Shown here piece by piece: positions 63,782-64,000 of a stretch of DNA of 64,000 nt. Source of the DNA: Candidatus Flemingiibacterium sp. (GTDB lineage Bacteria; Bacillota; Clostridia; Oscillospirales; CAG-272). A program made the position numbers and the translations under genes. The notes under the pieces are model-generated. The model was not told where the DNA came from, did no database searches, and saw nothing but the letters and a program-made list of their open reading frames with translations. Numbering within the stretch: the first letter of the stretch is position 1; each line of letters begins with the position of its first letter. The stretch is taken from assembly GCA_045634005.1 (NCBI GenBank), contig JAZQZL010000003.1, forward strand, positions 13,038 to 77,037. Direction: 5' to 3'.

Positions 63782-64000
63782 AACAGAAGAATTAAATGCG
63801 CTGTTTGATAAGTGAAAACAACAAAAGTTGCTGTTTTGCGAAGATGGAATCCTTGACGAGAATTTTTATGATAAATCACCATTTAAAATTCTGTTTGCAT
63901 TGAAAGATGTAAATAACAAAAAGGTGAATCAACTTCTTGAACATGAAAAAAGTGCAGATGGGAAAAGCATCGATATGCGAAGAGTGTTTCTTGAAACCAA
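63774..64000 (+). pseudogene. Second UDG-fold paralog with an in-frame TGA at codon 14 (truncated by window end)
   Basis: ATG at 63774 overlaps the upstream stop (ATGACTAA). MTKTEELNALFDK-TGA(63813-63815)-KQQKLLFCEDGILDENFYDKSPFKILFALKDVN... stays open to the window edge and parallels FLPDGIIDSDKFAKSNLKVLFIAKEAN of the previous gene. Confidence 0.55.

Larger units (their letters stand above)
57996..64000 (+). other. AT-rich accessory island (probably horizontally acquired; right end outside window)
   Basis: Composition drops by eye: sampled 60-nt lines are about 37% GC here and about 55-63% GC in uvrA. There are nine same-strand ORFs, and three junctions have 8-nt start/stop overlaps. No integrase is seen. 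Confidence 0.6.

Noticed and set aside
63813-63815. TGA read as Trp (genetic code 4) across the window
   Set aside because: TGA terminates well-defined genes here (for example tex at 6851-6853 and the sigma gene at 18040-18042). Trp is encoded by TGG throughout.
57996-64000. Calling the island a prophage, ICE or transposon
   Set aside because: No integrase, recombinase, transposase, terminal repeats or tRNA target is visible inside the window. Only composition and gene content point to mobility, so it is listed as 'other' rather than as a mobile element.
1-64000. rRNA or tRNA genes
   Set aside because: Reading the intergenic regions on both strands, I saw no cloverleaf-like or rRNA-like conserved stretch. 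This is a by-eye scan and should be confirmed with tRNAscan-SE and Infernal.

Overview
All family calls here come from motif recognition by eye. No searches or computations were run.

The window looks like a chromosomal segment of a Gram-positive anaerobe, probably Clostridia-like. Supporting signs are an SLH-anchored surface protein, SleB- and VanY-type wall enzymes with copper-amine-oxidase-like stalk domains, a NusG-II/Gx-transporter pair, and many textbook TTGACA-17-TATAAT promoters.

- **About 1-43.4 kb:** housekeeping and metabolic genes (rplS, an rsuA-like gene, tex, proS, uvrA/uvrB, an ECF sigma/anti-sigma pair, lysC, glnA, trxB, mtnA plus a class II aldolase). A TetR-controlled catabolic operon lies among them, convergent with a heparinase II/III-like gene.
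- **43.4-58.0 kb:** an accessory surface and glycan region.
  - A reading frame of about 2,100 codons encodes an adhesin (vWA domain plus alternating Flg_new-like and MucBP-like repeats). One in-frame TAA cuts it off from its SLH anchor.
  - Two diverged paralogs of a GH42-like TIM-barrel protein flank an M28/DUF4910-like gene.
  - A divergent CE4-like gene sits next to them.
- **58.0-64.0 kb:** the sequence switches abruptly to visibly AT-richer, tightly packed, same-strand genes.
  - The first genes are a tail-fibre-like remnant, a CX5R phosphatase-like protein, a miniaturised PolC-like protein with a degenerate catalytic motif, and a Cys-rich peptide.
  - Next comes a wHTH-WYL-WCX regulator that is translationally coupled to a UDG-fold + PUA/EVE-like fusion protein.
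  - A second UDG-fold paralog follows; it carries an in-frame TGA and runs off the window.

I regard the WYL/UDG-fold module as the best candidate for an undescribed, defence-type system. I recognised no rRNA, tRNA, CRISPR array, integrase or transposase.
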